A DNA stretch of 64,000 nucleotides, taken from NCBI GenBank assembly GCA_964035545.1, contig OZ037765.1, positions 14,704,698 to 14,768,697 of the forward strand. Reading direction: 5' to 3'. The position numbers and the translations under genes are program-made. The stretch is from Bugula neritina. Taxonomy: Eukaryota > Animalia > Bryozoa. The notes under the pieces were generated by a model. That model was given only the letters and a program-made list of their open reading frames with translations, had not been told where the DNA came from and searched no databases. This document shows positions 1 through 18,000 of the stretch, piece by piece (position 1 is the stretch's first letter; every line of letters starts with the position of its first letter).

Positions 1-3000
1 TACTACAACATACTAAAATATACTGCAAAATTCTGAAATATACTGTAACATACTGAGATATACGGTAACACGTTGAAATAAACTGCAACAGACTGAAATA
101 CACTGCAACACAGTGTAATATACTGCAACATACTGAATCATACGGCATATTACTGAAATATACTGCAACACATTGAAATATACTGCAACATACTGCAATA
201 TGCTGTAGCATACTGAAGTACATTGCAACACACTGAAGTATACTGTGATATGCAGAAACGTACAGCAACATACTGACATATTCCGCAACAAACCGAAATT
301 TATGGTATACTGAAATTTGTTGCAAACTAGTAAAATATACGGCAACATACAGAAAAATACTGCAACTGTGCAATATAATGAAATATACTGCAAAAATACT
401 GAAATATACTGCAACAATTTGAAAGTTACTGTATGATACTGAAAAATACTGAAACATACTGAGACATACTGCAACATACTGAAACATACTGCAACATACT
501 GAAATATACTGCAAGATACTGCAACATACTGAAATACACTGTAACATACTGAAATACACTGCAACATACTGCAACATACTGAAATACACTGCAACATATT
601 GAAATACACTGCAACACATTGAAATATACTGCAACACAATGAAACATACGGCAACATTCTGAAACATAGTGCGACACAATGAAATATACTGCAACATACT
701 GAAAGATGCTGTAGCGTACTGAAATACACTGCAACACATTGAAGTATACTGTAATATACAGAAATGTACTGTAACATACTGAAACATACGTCAACATACT
801 GAAATGTACAGCAACATGCTGAACTATACTGCAACATACTGAAATACACTGTAATATACTGAATTAAACTGCAACATACTGCAACATACTGAAGTAAGCT
901 GTAGCATACTGAAATACATTGCAGCACACTGAAACGTCCTGTAATATGCAGAAACGTACTGCAACATACTGAAGTATACCGCAACAAACCGAAATTTATG
1001 GTATACTGAAATATGTTGCAAACTAGTAAAATATACTGCAACATACCGAAAAATACTGCAACTGTGCAATATAATGAAATATACTGGAAAAATACTGAAA
1101 TATACTGCAACAATTTGAAAGTTACTGTATGATACTGAAATATACTGAAACACACTGAAACATACTGCAAGATACTGCAACATACTGAAATACACTATAA
1201 CATACTGAAATACACTGCAACATACTGCGACATACTGCAACATACTGAATTACACTGTAACATATTGAAATACACTGCAATACATTGAAATTTACTGCAA
1301 CACACTGAAACATACTGCAACATACTGAAATATACTGCAACATATCGAAGTATATTGTAATATACGGACATGTACTGTAACATACTGAAACATACTGAAA
1401 CATACTGAAATATACTTCAACATACTGAAATATACTGCAACATACTGCAACATACTGAAATACACTGTAACATACTGAAATACACTGCAACACATCGGAA
1501 TAAACTGCAACATACCTAAATATACGGTAATGTCCTGAAATATACTGTTCACATTGAAAAACACTGCAACATACTGAATTACACTGTAACATACTGAAAT
1601 ACACTGCAACATACTGCAACATACTGAAATACATTGGAACATATTGAAACACACTCCAACACATTGAAATATACTGCAACACACTGAAACATACAGCAAC
1701 ATACTGAAATATACTGCGACACATTGAAATATACTGCAACATAGTTAACTATAATGCAAGATACTGCAACATTCTGAAATACACTGTGACATACTGAAAC
1801 ACACTGCAACATACTGCAACATACTGCAACATACTGCAACATACTGCAACATACTGAAATACACTGTAACATATTGAAATACACTGCAACACATTGAAAT
1901 ATACTGCAACACAATGAAACATACGGCAACATACTGAAACATAGTGTGACACATTGAAATATACTGCAACTTACCGAAACATGCTGTAGCATACTGAAAT
2001 ACACTGCAACACATTGAAGTATACTGTAATATACAGAAATGTACTGTAACATACTGAAACATACGTCAACATACTGAAATGTACTGCAACATGCTGAACT
2101 ATACTGCAACATACTGAAATATACTGCAACATGTCGAAGTATATTGTAATATACGGACATGTACTGTAACATACTGAAACATACTGAAACATACTGAAAT
2201 ATACACCAACATACTGAAATATACTGCAACATACCGCAACATACTGAAATACACTGTAACATACTGAAACAAACTGCAACACATTGAAACAAACTGCAAC
2301 ATACCTAAATATACTGCAAAACATTGAAATATACTGCTACATACTGAAACATTCTGTAGCATACTGACATACACTGCAACACACTGAAGTATACTGTAAT
2401 ATACTGAAATACACTGTAAAATACTGAAATACACTGCAACATACTGAAATACACTGTAACCTACTGAAATACACTGCAACATACTACAACATACTGAAAT
2501 ACACTGTAACATTATGAATTACACTGCAAAACATTGAAATAAACTGCAACATCTCGAAATATATGGTAAACAACTGAAATATACTGCAAAAATACTGAAA
2601 TATACTGTAACATACTGAAAGATATTGCAACATACTGAAATACACCGTAACATACTGAAATACACGGCAACATACTGCAACATACTGTATTACACTGTAA
2701 CATCTTGAAATACACTGCAACACATTGAAAGTTACTGCAACATACTGAAACATACTGCAACATACTGAAATATACTGCAACATATCGAAGTATATCGTAA
2801 TATACAGACATGCACTGTAACATACTGAAACATACTGAAACATACTGAAACATACTGAAATATACTGGAACATACCGAAATATACTTCAACATACTAAAA
2901 TATACTGCAACATACCGCAACTTACTGAAATACACTGCAACACATTGAAGTATACTGTAATATACAGAAATGTACTGTAACATACTGAAACATACGTCAA

Positions 3001-6000
3001 CATACTGAAATGTACTCCAACATGCTGAACTATACTGCAACATACTGAAATACACTGTAATATACTGAATTAAACTGCAAGACATTGTAATATACTGCAA
3101 CATACTGAATCATACAGCAACATACTGACATATACTGCGACACATTGAGATATACTGCAACATAGTTAAATATAATGCAAGATAATGCAACATACTGAAA
3201 TACACTGTGACATACTGAAATACACTGCAACATGCTGCAACATACTGCAACATACTGAAATACACTGCAACACATTGAAATGAACCGCAACATACCTAAA
3301 TATACGGAAATATACTGAAATATACTGTAACACATTGAAAAACATTGCAACATACTGAAACATGCTGTAGCACACTGAAATACACTGTGACATACTGAGA
3401 TACACTGCAACATACTGCAACATACTGCAACATACTGAAATACACTGTAACATATCGAAATATACTGCAACACAATGAAACATACGGCAACATACTGAAA
3501 CATAGTGCGACACATTGAAATATACTGCAATATACTGAAACATGCTGTAGCATACTGAAATACACGGCAACACATTGAAGTATACTGTAATATACAGAAA
3601 TGTACTCTAACATACTGAAACATACGTCAACATACTGAAATGTACTGCAACATGCTGAACTACACTGCAACATACTGAAGTACACTGTAACATACTGAAA
3701 CATACTGCAACATACTGCAACATACTAAAATACACTGTAACATACTGAAATACACAGCAACATACTGCAACATACTGCAACATACTGAAATACGCTGTAA
3801 CATATTGAATTACACTGCAAGACATTGAAATATACTTCAACACACTGAAACAAACGGCAACATACTGAAATATACTGCAACACACTGAAACATACGGCAA
3901 CATACTGAAATATACTGCAAAACATTGAAATATACTGCTACATACTGAAACATGCTGTAGCATACTGAAATACACTTCAACACACTGAAGTTTACTGTAA
4001 TATACAGAAATGTACTGTAAATATACTGAAACATACGTCAACATACTGAAATGTACTCCAACATGCTGAACTATACTGCAACATACTGAAATACATTGTA
4101 ATATACTGAATTAAACTGCAAGACATTGTAATATACTGCAACATACTGAATCATACGGCAACATACTGAAATATACTGCAACACATTGAAATATACTGCA
4201 ACATATTGAAATATGCTGTAACACACTGAAATTCACTGCAACTTACTGAAATATAGTGTAATATACGGAAATGTACTGAAACATACTGATATATACTGTA
4301 ACACACTGAAATATACTGTCACATACTGAAATATACTGTAAATTACTAGAATTATACTGCAACATTCTGCGACATACTGAAATACACTGTAACCTACTGA
4401 AATACACTGCAATATACTACAACATACTGAAATACACTGTAACATATTGAAATACGCTGCAACACATTGAAATATACTGCAACATACCGAAATATATAAT
4501 AAACTACTGAAATATACTCTAACACATCGAAAAATACTGCAACATACTGAAATATACTGTAACACACTGAAATATACTGCAACATACTGAAATACATTGT
4601 AACATACTGAAATATACTGCAACATACGGCAACATACTGAAATACACTGTAACATACTGAAATACACTGCAACATACTGCAACATACTGAAATATACTTC
4701 AACATACTGAAATATACTGCAACATACTGCAACATACTGAAATACACTGTAACATACTGAAACACACTGCAACACATTGAAACAAACTGCAACATACCTA
4801 AATATACAGTAATATACTGAAATATACTGTAACACATTGAAAAACACTGCAAGATACTGAAATATGCTGTAGCACACTGAAATACACTGCAACATGCTGA
4901 AATACACTGTAAAATACTGAAATACACTGCAACATACTGAAATAAACTGTAACCTACTGAAATACACTGCAACATACTACAACATACTGAAACATACTGA
5001 AATATACTGCAACATATTGAAATATACTACAACATACTAAAATATACTGCAAAATTCTGAAATATACTGTAACATACTGAGATATACGGTAACACGTTGA
5101 AATAAACTGCAACAGACTGAAATACACTGCAACACAGTGTAATATACTGCAACATACTGAATCATACGGCATATTACTGAAATATACTGCAACACATTGA
5201 AATATACTGCAACATATTGCAATATGCTGTAGCATACTGAAGTACATTGCAACACACTGAAGTATACTGTGATATGCAGAAACGTACAGCAACATACTGA
5301 CATATTCCGCAACAAACCGAAATTTATGGTATACTGAAATTTGTTGCAAACTAGTAAAATATACGGCAACATACAGAAAAATACTGCAACTGTGCAATAT
5401 AATGAAATATACTGCAAAAATACTGAAATATACTGCAACAATTTGAAAGTTACTGTATGATACTGAAAAATACTGAAACATACTGAGACATACTGCAACA
5501 TACTGAAACATACTGCAACATACTGAAATATACTGCAAGATACTGCAACATACTGAAATACACTGTAACATACTGAAATACACTGCAACATACTGCAACA
5601 TACTGAAATACACTGCAACATATTGAAATACACTGCAACACATTGAAATATACTGCAACACAATGAAACATACGGCAACATTCTGAAACATAGTGCGACA
5701 CAATGAAATATACTGCAACATACTGAAAGATGCTGTAGCGTACTGAAATACACTGCAACACATTGAAGTATACTGTAATATACAGAAATGTACTGTAACA
5801 TACTGAAACATACGTCAACATACTGAAATGTACAGCAACATGCTGAACTATACTGCAACATACTGAAATACACTGTAATATACTGAATTAAACTGCAACA
5901 TACTGCAACATACTGAAGTAAGCTGTAGCATACTGAAATACATTGCAGCACACTGAAACGTCCTGTAATATGCAGAAACGTACTGCAACATACTGAAGTA

Positions 6001-9000
6001 TACCGCAACAAACCGAAATTTATGGTATACTGAAATATGTTGCAAACTAGTAAAATATACTGCAACATACCGAAAAATACTGCAACTGTGCAATATAATG
6101 AAATATACTGGAAAAATACTGAAATATACTGCAACAATTTGAAAGTTACTGTATGATACTGAAATATACTGAAACACACTGAAACATACTGCAAGATACT
6201 GCAACATACTGAAATACACTATAACATACTGAAATACACTGCAACATACTGCGACATACTGCAACATACTGAATTACACTGTAACATATTGAAATACACT
6301 GCAATACATTGAAATTTACTGCAACACACTGAAACATACTGCAACATACTGAAATATACTGCAACATATCGAAGTATATTGTAATATACGGACATGTACT
6401 GTAACATACTGAAACATACTGAAACATACTGAAATATACTTCAACATACTGAAATATACTGCAACATACTGCAACATACTGAAATACACTGTAACATACT
6501 GAAATACACTGCAACACATCGGAATAAACTGCAACATACCTAAATATACGGTAATGTCCTGAAATATACTGTTCACATTGAAAAACACTGCAACATACTG
6601 AATTACACTGTAACATACTGAAATACACTGCAACATACTGCAACATACTGAAATACATTGGAACATATTGAAACACACTCCAACACATTGAAATATACTG
6701 CAACACACTGAAACATACAGCAACATACTGAAATATACTGCGACACATTGAAATATACTGCAACATAGTTAACTATAATGCAAGATACTGCAACATTCTG
6801 AAATACACTGTGACATACTGAAACACACTGCAACATACTGCAACATACTGCAACATACTGCAACATACTGCAACATACTGAAATACACTGTAACATATTG
6901 AAATACACTGCAACACATTGAAATATACTGCAACACAATGAAACATACGGCAACATACTGAAACATAGTGTGACACATTGAAATATACTGCAACTTACCG
7001 AAACATGCTGTAGCATACTGAAATACACTGCAACACATTGAAGTATACTGTAATATACAGAAATGTACTGTAACATACTGAAACATACGTCAACATACTG
7101 AAATGTACTGCAACATGCTGAACTATACTGCAACATACTGAAATATACTGCAACATGTCGAAGTATATTGTAATATACGGACATGTACTGTAACATACTG
7201 AAACATACTGAAACATACTGAAATATACACCAACATACTGAAATATACTGCAACATACCGCAACATACTGAAATACACTGTAACATACTGAAACAAACTG
7301 CAACACATTGAAACAAACTGCAACATACCTAAATATACTGCAAAACATTGAAATATACTGCTACATACTGAAACATTCTGTAGCATACTGACATACACTG
7401 CAACACACTGAAGTATACTGTAATATACTGAAATACACTGTAAAATACTGAAATACACTGCAACATACTGAAATACACTGTAACCTACTGAAATACACTG
7501 CAACATACTACAACATACTGAAATACACTGTAACATTATGAATTACACTGCAAAACATTGAAATAAACTGCAACATCTCGAAATATATGGTAAACAACTG
7601 AAATATACTGCAAAAATACTGAAATATACTGTAACATACTGAAAGATATTGCAACATACTGAAATACACCGTAACATACTGAAATACACGGCAACATACT
7701 GCAACATACTGTATTACACTGTAACATCTTGAAATACACTGCAACACATTGAAAGTTACTGCAACATACTGAAACATACTGCAACATACTGAAATATACT
7801 GCAACATATCGAAGTATATCGTAATATACAGACATGCACTGTAACATACTGAAACATACTGAAACATACTGAAACATACTGAAATATACTGGAACATACC
7901 GAAATATACTTCAACATACTAAAATATACTGCAACATACCGCAACTTACTGAAATACACTGCAACACATTGAAGTATACTGTAATATACAGAAATGTACT
8001 GTAACATACTGAAACATACGTCAACATACTGAAATGTACTCCAACATGCTGAACTATACTGCAACATACTGAAATACACTGTAATATACTGAATTAAACT
8101 GCAAGACATTGTAATATACTGCAACATACTGAATCATACGGCAACATACTGAAATATACTGCAACACATTGAAATATACTGCAACATACTGCAATATGCT
8201 GTAGCATACTGAAGTACATTGCAACACACTGAAGTATACTGTGATATGCAGAAACGTACAGCAACATACTGACATATTCCGCAACAAACCGAAATTTATG
8301 GTATACTGAAACTTGTTGCAAACTAGTAAAATATACGGCAACATACAGAAAAATACTGCAACTGTGCAATATAATGAAATATACTGCAAAAATACTGAAA
8401 TATACTGCAACAATTTGAAAGTTACTGTATGCTACTGAAAAATACTGAAACATACTGAGACATACTGCAACATACTGAAACATACTGCAACATACTGAAA
8501 TATACTGCAAGATACTGCAACATACTGAAATACACTGTAACATACTGAAATACACTGCAACATACTGCAACATACTGAAATACACTGGAACATATTGAAA
8601 TACACTACAACACATTGAAATATACTGCAACACACTGAAACATACAGCAATATGCTGAAATATACTGCGACACATTGAAATATACTGCAACATAGTTACC
8701 TATAATGCAAGATACTGCAACATTCTGAAATACACTGTGACATACTGAAATACACTGCAACATACTGCAACATACTGCAACATACTGCAACATACTGAAA
8801 TACACTGTAACATACTGAAATACAAGGCAACATACTGCAACATACTGAAATACACTGCAACACATTGAAATAAACCGCAACATACCTAAATATACGGAAA
8901 TATACCGAAATATACTGTAACACATTGAAAAACATTGCAACATACTGAAACATGCTGTAGCACACTGAAATACACTGTGACATACTGAGAAGCACTGCAA

Positions 9001-12000
9001 CATACTGCAACATACTGCAACACACTGAAATACACTGTAACATATTGAAATACACTGCAACACATTGAAATATACTGCAACACAACGAAACAGACGGCAA
9101 CATACTGAAACATAGTGCGACACATTGAAATATACTGCAACATACTGAACCATGCTGTAGCATACTGAAATACACTGCAACACATTGAAGTATACTGTAA
9201 TACAAAGAAATGTACTGTAACATACTGAAACATACGTCAACATACTGAAATGTACTGCAACATGCTGAACTATACTGCAACATACTGAAATACACTGTAA
9301 TATACTGAATTAAGCTGCAACATACTGCAACATACTAAAATAAGCTGTAACATACTGAAATACATTGCAGCACACTGAAGCGTCCTGTAATATGCAGAAA
9401 CGTACTGCAACATACTGAAATATACCGCAACAAACCGAAATTTATGGTATACTGAAATATGTTGCAAACTAGTAAAATATACTGCAACATACCAAGAAAT
9501 ACTGCAACTGTGCAATATAATGAAATATACGGCAAAAATACTGAAATATACTGCAAAAATTTGAAAGTTACTGTATGATACTGAAATATACTGAAACACA
9601 CTGAAAATTACTGCAAGATACTGCAACATACTGAAATACACTATAACATACTGAAATACACTGCAACATACTGCAACATACTGAATTACACTGTAACATT
9701 ATGAAATACACTGCAATACATTGGAATTTACTGCAACACACTGAAATATACTGCAACATATTGAAATGTGCTGTAGGACACTGAAATTCACTGCAACTTA
9801 CTGAAATATAGTGTAATATACGGAATGTACTGTAACATACTGAAATACACTGCAACATACTGCAACTTACCGAAATACACTGGAACTTATTGAAATACAC
9901 TACAACACATTGAAATATACTGCAACACACTGAAACATACAGCAACATACTGAAATATACTGCGACACATTGAGATATACTGCAACATAGTTAAATATAA
10001 TGCAAGATACTGCAGCATACTGAAATACACTGTGACATACTGAAATACACTGCAACATACTGCAACATAGGGCAACATACTGTAATACACTGCAACGCAT
10101 TGAAATAAACCGCAACATACCTAAATATACGGAAATAGACTGAAATATCCTGTAACACATTGAAAAACATTGCAACATACTGAAACATGCTGTAGCACAC
10201 TGAAATACACTGTGACATACTGAGATACACTGCAACATACTGCAACATACTGCAACATAATGGAATACACTGTAACATATTGAAATACACTGCAACACAT
10301 TGAAATATACTGCAACACAATGAAACATACGGCAACATTCTGAAACATAGTGCGACACAATGAAATATACTGCAACATACTGAAAGATGCTGTAGCATAC
10401 TGAAATACACTGCAACACATTGAAGTATACTGTAATATACAGAAATGTACTGTAACATACTGAAACATACGTCAACATACTGAAATGTACTGCAACATGC
10501 TGAACTATACTGCAACATACTGAAATACACTGTAATATACTGAATTAAACTGCAACATACTGCAACATACTGAAATAAGCTGTAGCATACTGAAATACAT
10601 TGCAGCACACTGAAGCGTCCTGTAATATGCAGAAACGTACTGCAACATACTGAAATAAACCGCAACAAACCGAAATTTATGGTATACTGAAATATGTTGC
10701 AAACTAGTAAAATATACTGCAACATACCGAAAAATACTGCAACTGTGCAATATAATGAAATATACTGGAAAAATACTGAAATATACTGCAACAACTTGAA
10801 AGTTACTGTATGATACTGAAATATACTGAAACACACTGAAACATACTGCAAGATACTGCAACATACTGAAATACACTATAACATACTGAAATACACTGCA
10901 ACATACTGCAACATACTGCAACATACTGAATTACACTGTAACATTGAAATACACTGCAATACATTGAAATTTACTGCAACACGCTGAAACATAGAGCAAC
11001 ATGCTGAAATATACTGCGACACATTGAAATATACTGCAACATAGTTAACTATAATGCAAGATACCGCAACATACTGAAATATGCTGTAGCACACTGAAAT
11101 ACAGTGCAACTCACTGAAATATAGTGTAATATACAGAAATGTACTGTAACATACTGAAATATACTGTAACATACTGAAATATACTGCAAAATACTGAAGT
11201 ACACTGCAACATACTTCAACATACTGAAATACACTGGAACATATTGAAATACACTACAACACATTGAAATATACTGCAACACACTGAAACATACAGCAAC
11301 ATACTGACATATACTGCGACACATTGAGATATACTGCAACATAGTTAAATATAATGCAAGATAATGCAACATACTGAAATACACTGTGACATACTGAAAT
11401 ACACTGCAACATGCTGCAACATACTGCAACATACTGAAATACACTGCAACACATTGAAATGAACCGCAACATACCTAAATATACGGAAATATACTGAAAT
11501 ATACTGTAACACATTGAAAAACATTGCAACATACTGAAACATGCTGTAGCACACTGAAATACACTGTGACATACTGAGATACACTGCAACATACTGCAAC
11601 ATACTGCAACATACTGAAATACACTGTAACATATCGAAATATACTGCAACACAATGAAACATACGGCAACATACTGAAACATAGTGCGACACATTGAAAT
11701 ATACTGCAATATACTGAAACATGCTGTAGCATACTGAAATACACGGCAACACATTGAAGTATACTGTAATATACAGAAATGTACTCTAACATACTGAAAC
11801 ATACGTCAACATACTGAAATGTACTGCAACATGCTGAACTACACTGCAACATACTGAAGTACACTGTAACATACTGAAACATACTGCAACATACTGCAAC
11901 ATACTAAAATACACTGTAACATACTGAAATACACAGCAACATACTGCAACATACTGCAACATACTGAAATACGCTGTAACATATTGAATTACACTGCAAG

Positions 12001-15000
12001 ACATTGAAATATACTTCAACACACTGAAACAAACGGCAACATACTGAAATATACTGCAACACACTGAAACATACGGCAACATACTGAAATATACTGCAAA
12101 ACATTGAAATATACTGCTACATACTGAAACATGCTGTAGCATACTGAAATACACTTCAACACACTGAAGTTTACTGTAATATACAGAAATGTACTGTAAA
12201 TATACTGAAACATACGTCAACATACTGAAATGTACTCCAACATGCTGAACTATACTGCAACATACTGAAATACACTGTAATATACTGAATTAAACTGCAA
12301 GACATTGTAATATACTGCAACATACTGAATCATACGGCAACATACTGAAATATACTGCAACACATTGAAATATACTGCAACATATTGAAATATGCTGTAA
12401 CACACTGAAATTCACTGCAACTTACTGAAATATAGTGTAATATACGGAAATGTACTGAAACATACTGATATATACTGTAACACACTGAAATATACTGTCA
12501 CATACTGAAATATACTGTAAATTACTAGAATTATACTGCAACATTCTGCGACATACTGAAATACACTGTAACCTACTGAAATACACTGCAATATACTACA
12601 ACATACTGAAATACACTGTAACATATTGAAATACGCTGCAACACATTGAAATATACTGCAACATACCGAAATATATAATAAACTACTGAAATATACTCTA
12701 ACACATCGAAAAATACTGCAACATACTGAAATATACTGTAACACACTGAAATATACTGCAACATACTGAAATACATTGTAACATACTGAAATATACTGCA
12801 ACATACGGCAACATACTGAAATACACTGTAACATACTGAAATACACTGCAACATACTGCAACATACTGAAATATACTTCAACATACTGAAATATACTGCA
12901 ACATACTGCAACATACTGAAATACACTGTAACATACTGAAACACACTGCAACACATTGAAACAAACTGCAACATACCTAAATATACAGTAATATACTGAA
13001 ATATACTGTAACACATTGAAAAACACTGCAAGATACTGAAATATGCTGTAGCACACTGAAATACACTGCAACATGCTGAAATACACTGTAAAATACTGAA
13101 ATACACTGCAACATACTGAAATAAACTGTAACCTACTGAAATACACTGCAACATACTACAACATACTGAAACATACTGAAATATACTGCAACATATTGAA
13201 ATATACTACAACATACTAAAATATACTGCAAAATTCTGAAATATACTGTAACATACTGAGATATACGGTAACACGTTGAAATAAACTGCAACAGACTGAA
13301 ATACACTGCAACACAGTGTAATATACTGCAACATACTGAATCATACGGCATATTACTGAAATATACTGCAACACATTGAAATATACTGCAACATACTGCA
13401 ATATGCTGTAGCATACTGAAGTACATTGCAACACACTGAAGTATACTGTGATATGCAGAAACGTACAGCAACATACTGACATATTCCGCAACAAACCGAA
13501 ATTTATGGTATACTGAAATTTGTTGCAAACTAGTAAAATATACGGCAACATACAGAAAAATACTGCAACTGTGCAATATAATGAAATATACTGCAAAAAT
13601 ACTGAAATATACTGCAACAATTTGAAAGTTACTGTATGATACTGAAAAATACTGAAACATACTGAGACATACTGCAACATACTGAAACATACTGCAACAT
13701 ACTGAAATATACTGCAAGATACTGCAACATACTGAAATACACTGTAACATACTGAAATACACTGCAACATACTGCAACATACTGAAATACACTGCAACAT
13801 ATTGAAATACACTGCAACACATTGAAATATACTGCAACACAATGAAACATACGGCAACATTCTGAAACATAGTGCGACACAATGAAATATACTGCAACAT
13901 ACTGAAAGATGCTGTAGCGTACTGAAATACACTGCAACACATTGAAGTATACTGTAATATACAGAAATGTACTGTAACATACTGAAACATACGTCAACAT
14001 ACTGAAATGTACAGCAACATGCTGAACTATACTGCAACATACTGAAATACACTGTAATATACTGAATTAAACTGCAACATACTGCAACATACTGAAGTAA
14101 GCTGTAGCATACTGAAATACATTGCAGCACACTGAAACGTCCTGTAATATGCAGAAACGTACTGCAACATACTGAAGTATACCGCAACAAACCGAAATTT
14201 ATGGTATACTGAAATATGTTGCAAACTAGTAAAATATACTGCAACATATCGAAAAATACTGCAACTGTGCAATATAATGAAATATACTGGAAAAATACTG
14301 AAATATACTGCAACAATTTGAAAGTTACTGTATGATACTGAAATATACTGAAACACACTGAAACATACTGCAAGATACTGCAACATACTGAAATACACTA
14401 TAACATACTGAAATACACTGCAACATACTGCGACATACTGCAACATACTGAATTACACTGTAACATATTGAAATACACTGCAATACATTGAAATTTACTG
14501 CAACACACTGAAACATACTGCAACATACTGAAATATACTGCAACATATCGAAGTATATTGTAATATACGGACATGTACTGTAACATACTGAAACATACTG
14601 AAACATACTGAAATATACTTCAACATACTGAAATATACTGCAACATACTGCAACATACTGAAATACACTGTAACATACTGAAATACACTGCAACACATCG
14701 GAATAAACTGCAACATACCTAAATATACGGTAATGTCCTGAAATATACTGTTCACATTGAAAAACACTGCAACATACTGAATTACACTGTAACATACTGA
14801 AATACACTGCAACATACTGCAACATACTGAAATACATTGGAACATATTGAAACACACTCCAACACATTGAAATATACTGCAACACACTGAAACATACAGC
14901 AACATACTGAAATATACTGCGACACATTGAAATATACTGCAACATAGTTAACTATAATGCAAGATACTGCAACATTCTGAAATACACTGTGACATACTGA

Positions 15001-18000
15001 AACACACTGCAACATACTGCAACATACTGCAACATACTGCAACATACTGCAACATACTGAAATACACTGTAACATATTGAAATACACTGCAACACATTGA
15101 AATATACTGCAACACAATGAAACATACGGCAACATACTGAAACATAGTGTGACACATTGAAATATACTGCAACTTACCGAAACATGCTGTAGCATACTGA
15201 AATACACTGCAACACATTGAAGTATACTGTAATATACAGAAATGTACTGTAACATACTGAAACATACGTCAACATACTGAAATGTACTGCAACATGCTGA
15301 ACTATACTGCAACATACTGAAATATACTGCAACATGTCGAAGTATATTGTAATATACGGACATGTACTGTAACATACTGAAACATACTGAAACATACTGA
15401 AATATACACCAACATACTGAAATATACTGCAACATACCGCAACATACTGAAATACACTGTAACATACTGAAACAAACTGCAACACATTGAAACAAACTGC
15501 AACATACCTAAATATACTGCAAAACATTGAAATATACTGCTACATACTGAAACATTCTGTAGCATACTGACATACACTGCAACACACTGAAGTATACTGT
15601 AATATACTGAAATACACTGTAAAATACTGAAATACACTGCAACATACTGAAATACACTGTAACCTACTGAAATACACTGCAACATACTACAACATACTGA
15701 AATACACTGTAACATTATGAATTACACTGCAAAACATTGAAATAAACTGCAACATCTCGAAATATATGGTAAACAACTGAAATATACTGCAAAAATACTG
15801 AAATATACTGTAACATACTGAAAGATATTGCAACATACTGAAATACACCGTAACATACTGAAATACACGGCAACATACTGCAACATACTGTATTACACTG
15901 TAACATCTTGAAATACACTGCAACACATTGAAAGTTACTGCAACATACTGAAACATACTGCAACATACTGAAATATACTGCAACATATCGAAGTATATCG
16001 TAATATACAGACATGCACTGTAACATACTGAAACATACTGAAACATACTGAAACATACTGAAATATACTGGAACATACCGAAATATACTTCAACATACTA
16101 AAATATACTGCAACATACCGCAACTTACTGAAATACACTGCAACACATTGAAGTATACTGTAATATACAGAAATGTACTGTAACATACTGAAACATACGT
16201 CAACATACTGAAATGTACTCCAACATGCTGAACTATACTGCAACATACTGAAATACACTGTAATATACTGAATTAAACTGCAAGACATTGTAATATACTG
16301 CAACATACTGAATCATACGGCAACATACTGAAATATACTGCAACACATTGAAATATACTGCAACATACTGCAATATGCTGTAGCATACTGAAGTACATTG
16401 CAACACACTGAAGTATACTGTGATATGCAGAAACGTACAGCAACATACTGACATATTCCGCAACAAACCGAAATTTATGGTATACTGAAATTTGTTGCAA
16501 ACTAGTAAAATATACGGCAACATACAGAAAAATACTGCAACTGTGCAATATAATGAAATATACTGCAAAAATACTGAAATATACTGCAACAATTTGAAAG
16601 TTACTGTATGCTACTGAAAAATACTGAAACATACTGAGACATACTGCAACATACTGAAACATACTGCAACATACTGAAATATACTGCAAGATACTGCAAC
16701 ATACTGAAATACACTGTAACATACTGAAATACACTGCAACATACTGCAACATACTGAAATACACTGGAACATATTGAAATACACTACAACACATTGAAAT
16801 ATACTGCAACACACTGAAACATACAGCAATATGCTGAAATATACTGCGACACATTGAAATATACTGCAACATAGTTAACTATAATGCAAGATACTGCAAC
16901 ATTCTGAAATACACTGTGACATACTGAAATACACTGCAACATACTGCAACATACTGCAACATACTGCAACATACTGAAATACACTGTAACATACTGAAAT
17001 ACAAGGCAACATACTGCAACATACTGAAATACACTGCAACACATTGAAATAAACCGCAACATACCTAAATATACGGAAATATACCGAAATATACTGTAAC
17101 ACATTGAAAAACATTGCAACATACTGAAACATGCTGTAGCACACTGAAATACACTGTGACATACTGAGAAGCACTGCAACATACTGCAACATACTGCAAC
17201 ACACTGAAATACACTGTAACATATTGAAATACACTGCAACACATTGAAATATACTGCAACACAACGAAACAGACGGCAACATACTGAAACATAGTGCGAC
17301 ACATTGAAATATACTGCAACATACTGAACCATGCTGTAGCATACTGAAATACACTGCAACACATTGAAGTATACTGTAATACAAAGAAATGTACTGTAAC
17401 ATACTGAAACATACGTCAACATACTGAAATGTACTGCAACATGCTGAACTATACTGCAACATACTGAAATACACTGTAATATACTGAATTAAGCTGCAAC
17501 ATACTGCAACATACTAAAATAAGCTGTAACATACTGAAATACATTGCAGCACACTGAAGCGTCCTGTAATATGCAGAAACGTACTGCAACATACTGAAAT
17601 ATACCGCAACAAACCGAAATTTATGGTATACTGAAATATGTTGCAAACTAGTAAAATATACTGCAACATACCAAGAAATACTGCAACTGTGCAATATAAT
17701 GAAATATACGGCAAAAATACTGAAATATACTGCAAAAATTTGAAAGTTACTGTATGATACTGAAATATACTGAAACACACTGAAAATTACTGCAAGATAC
17801 TGCAACATACTGAAATACACTATAACATACTGAAATACACTGCAACATACTGCAACATACTGAATTACACTGTAACATTATGAAATACACTGCAATACAT
17901 TGGAATTTACTGCAACACACTGAAATATACTGCAACATATTGAAATGTGCTGTAGGACACTGAAATTCACTGCAACTTACTGAAATATAGTGTAATATAC

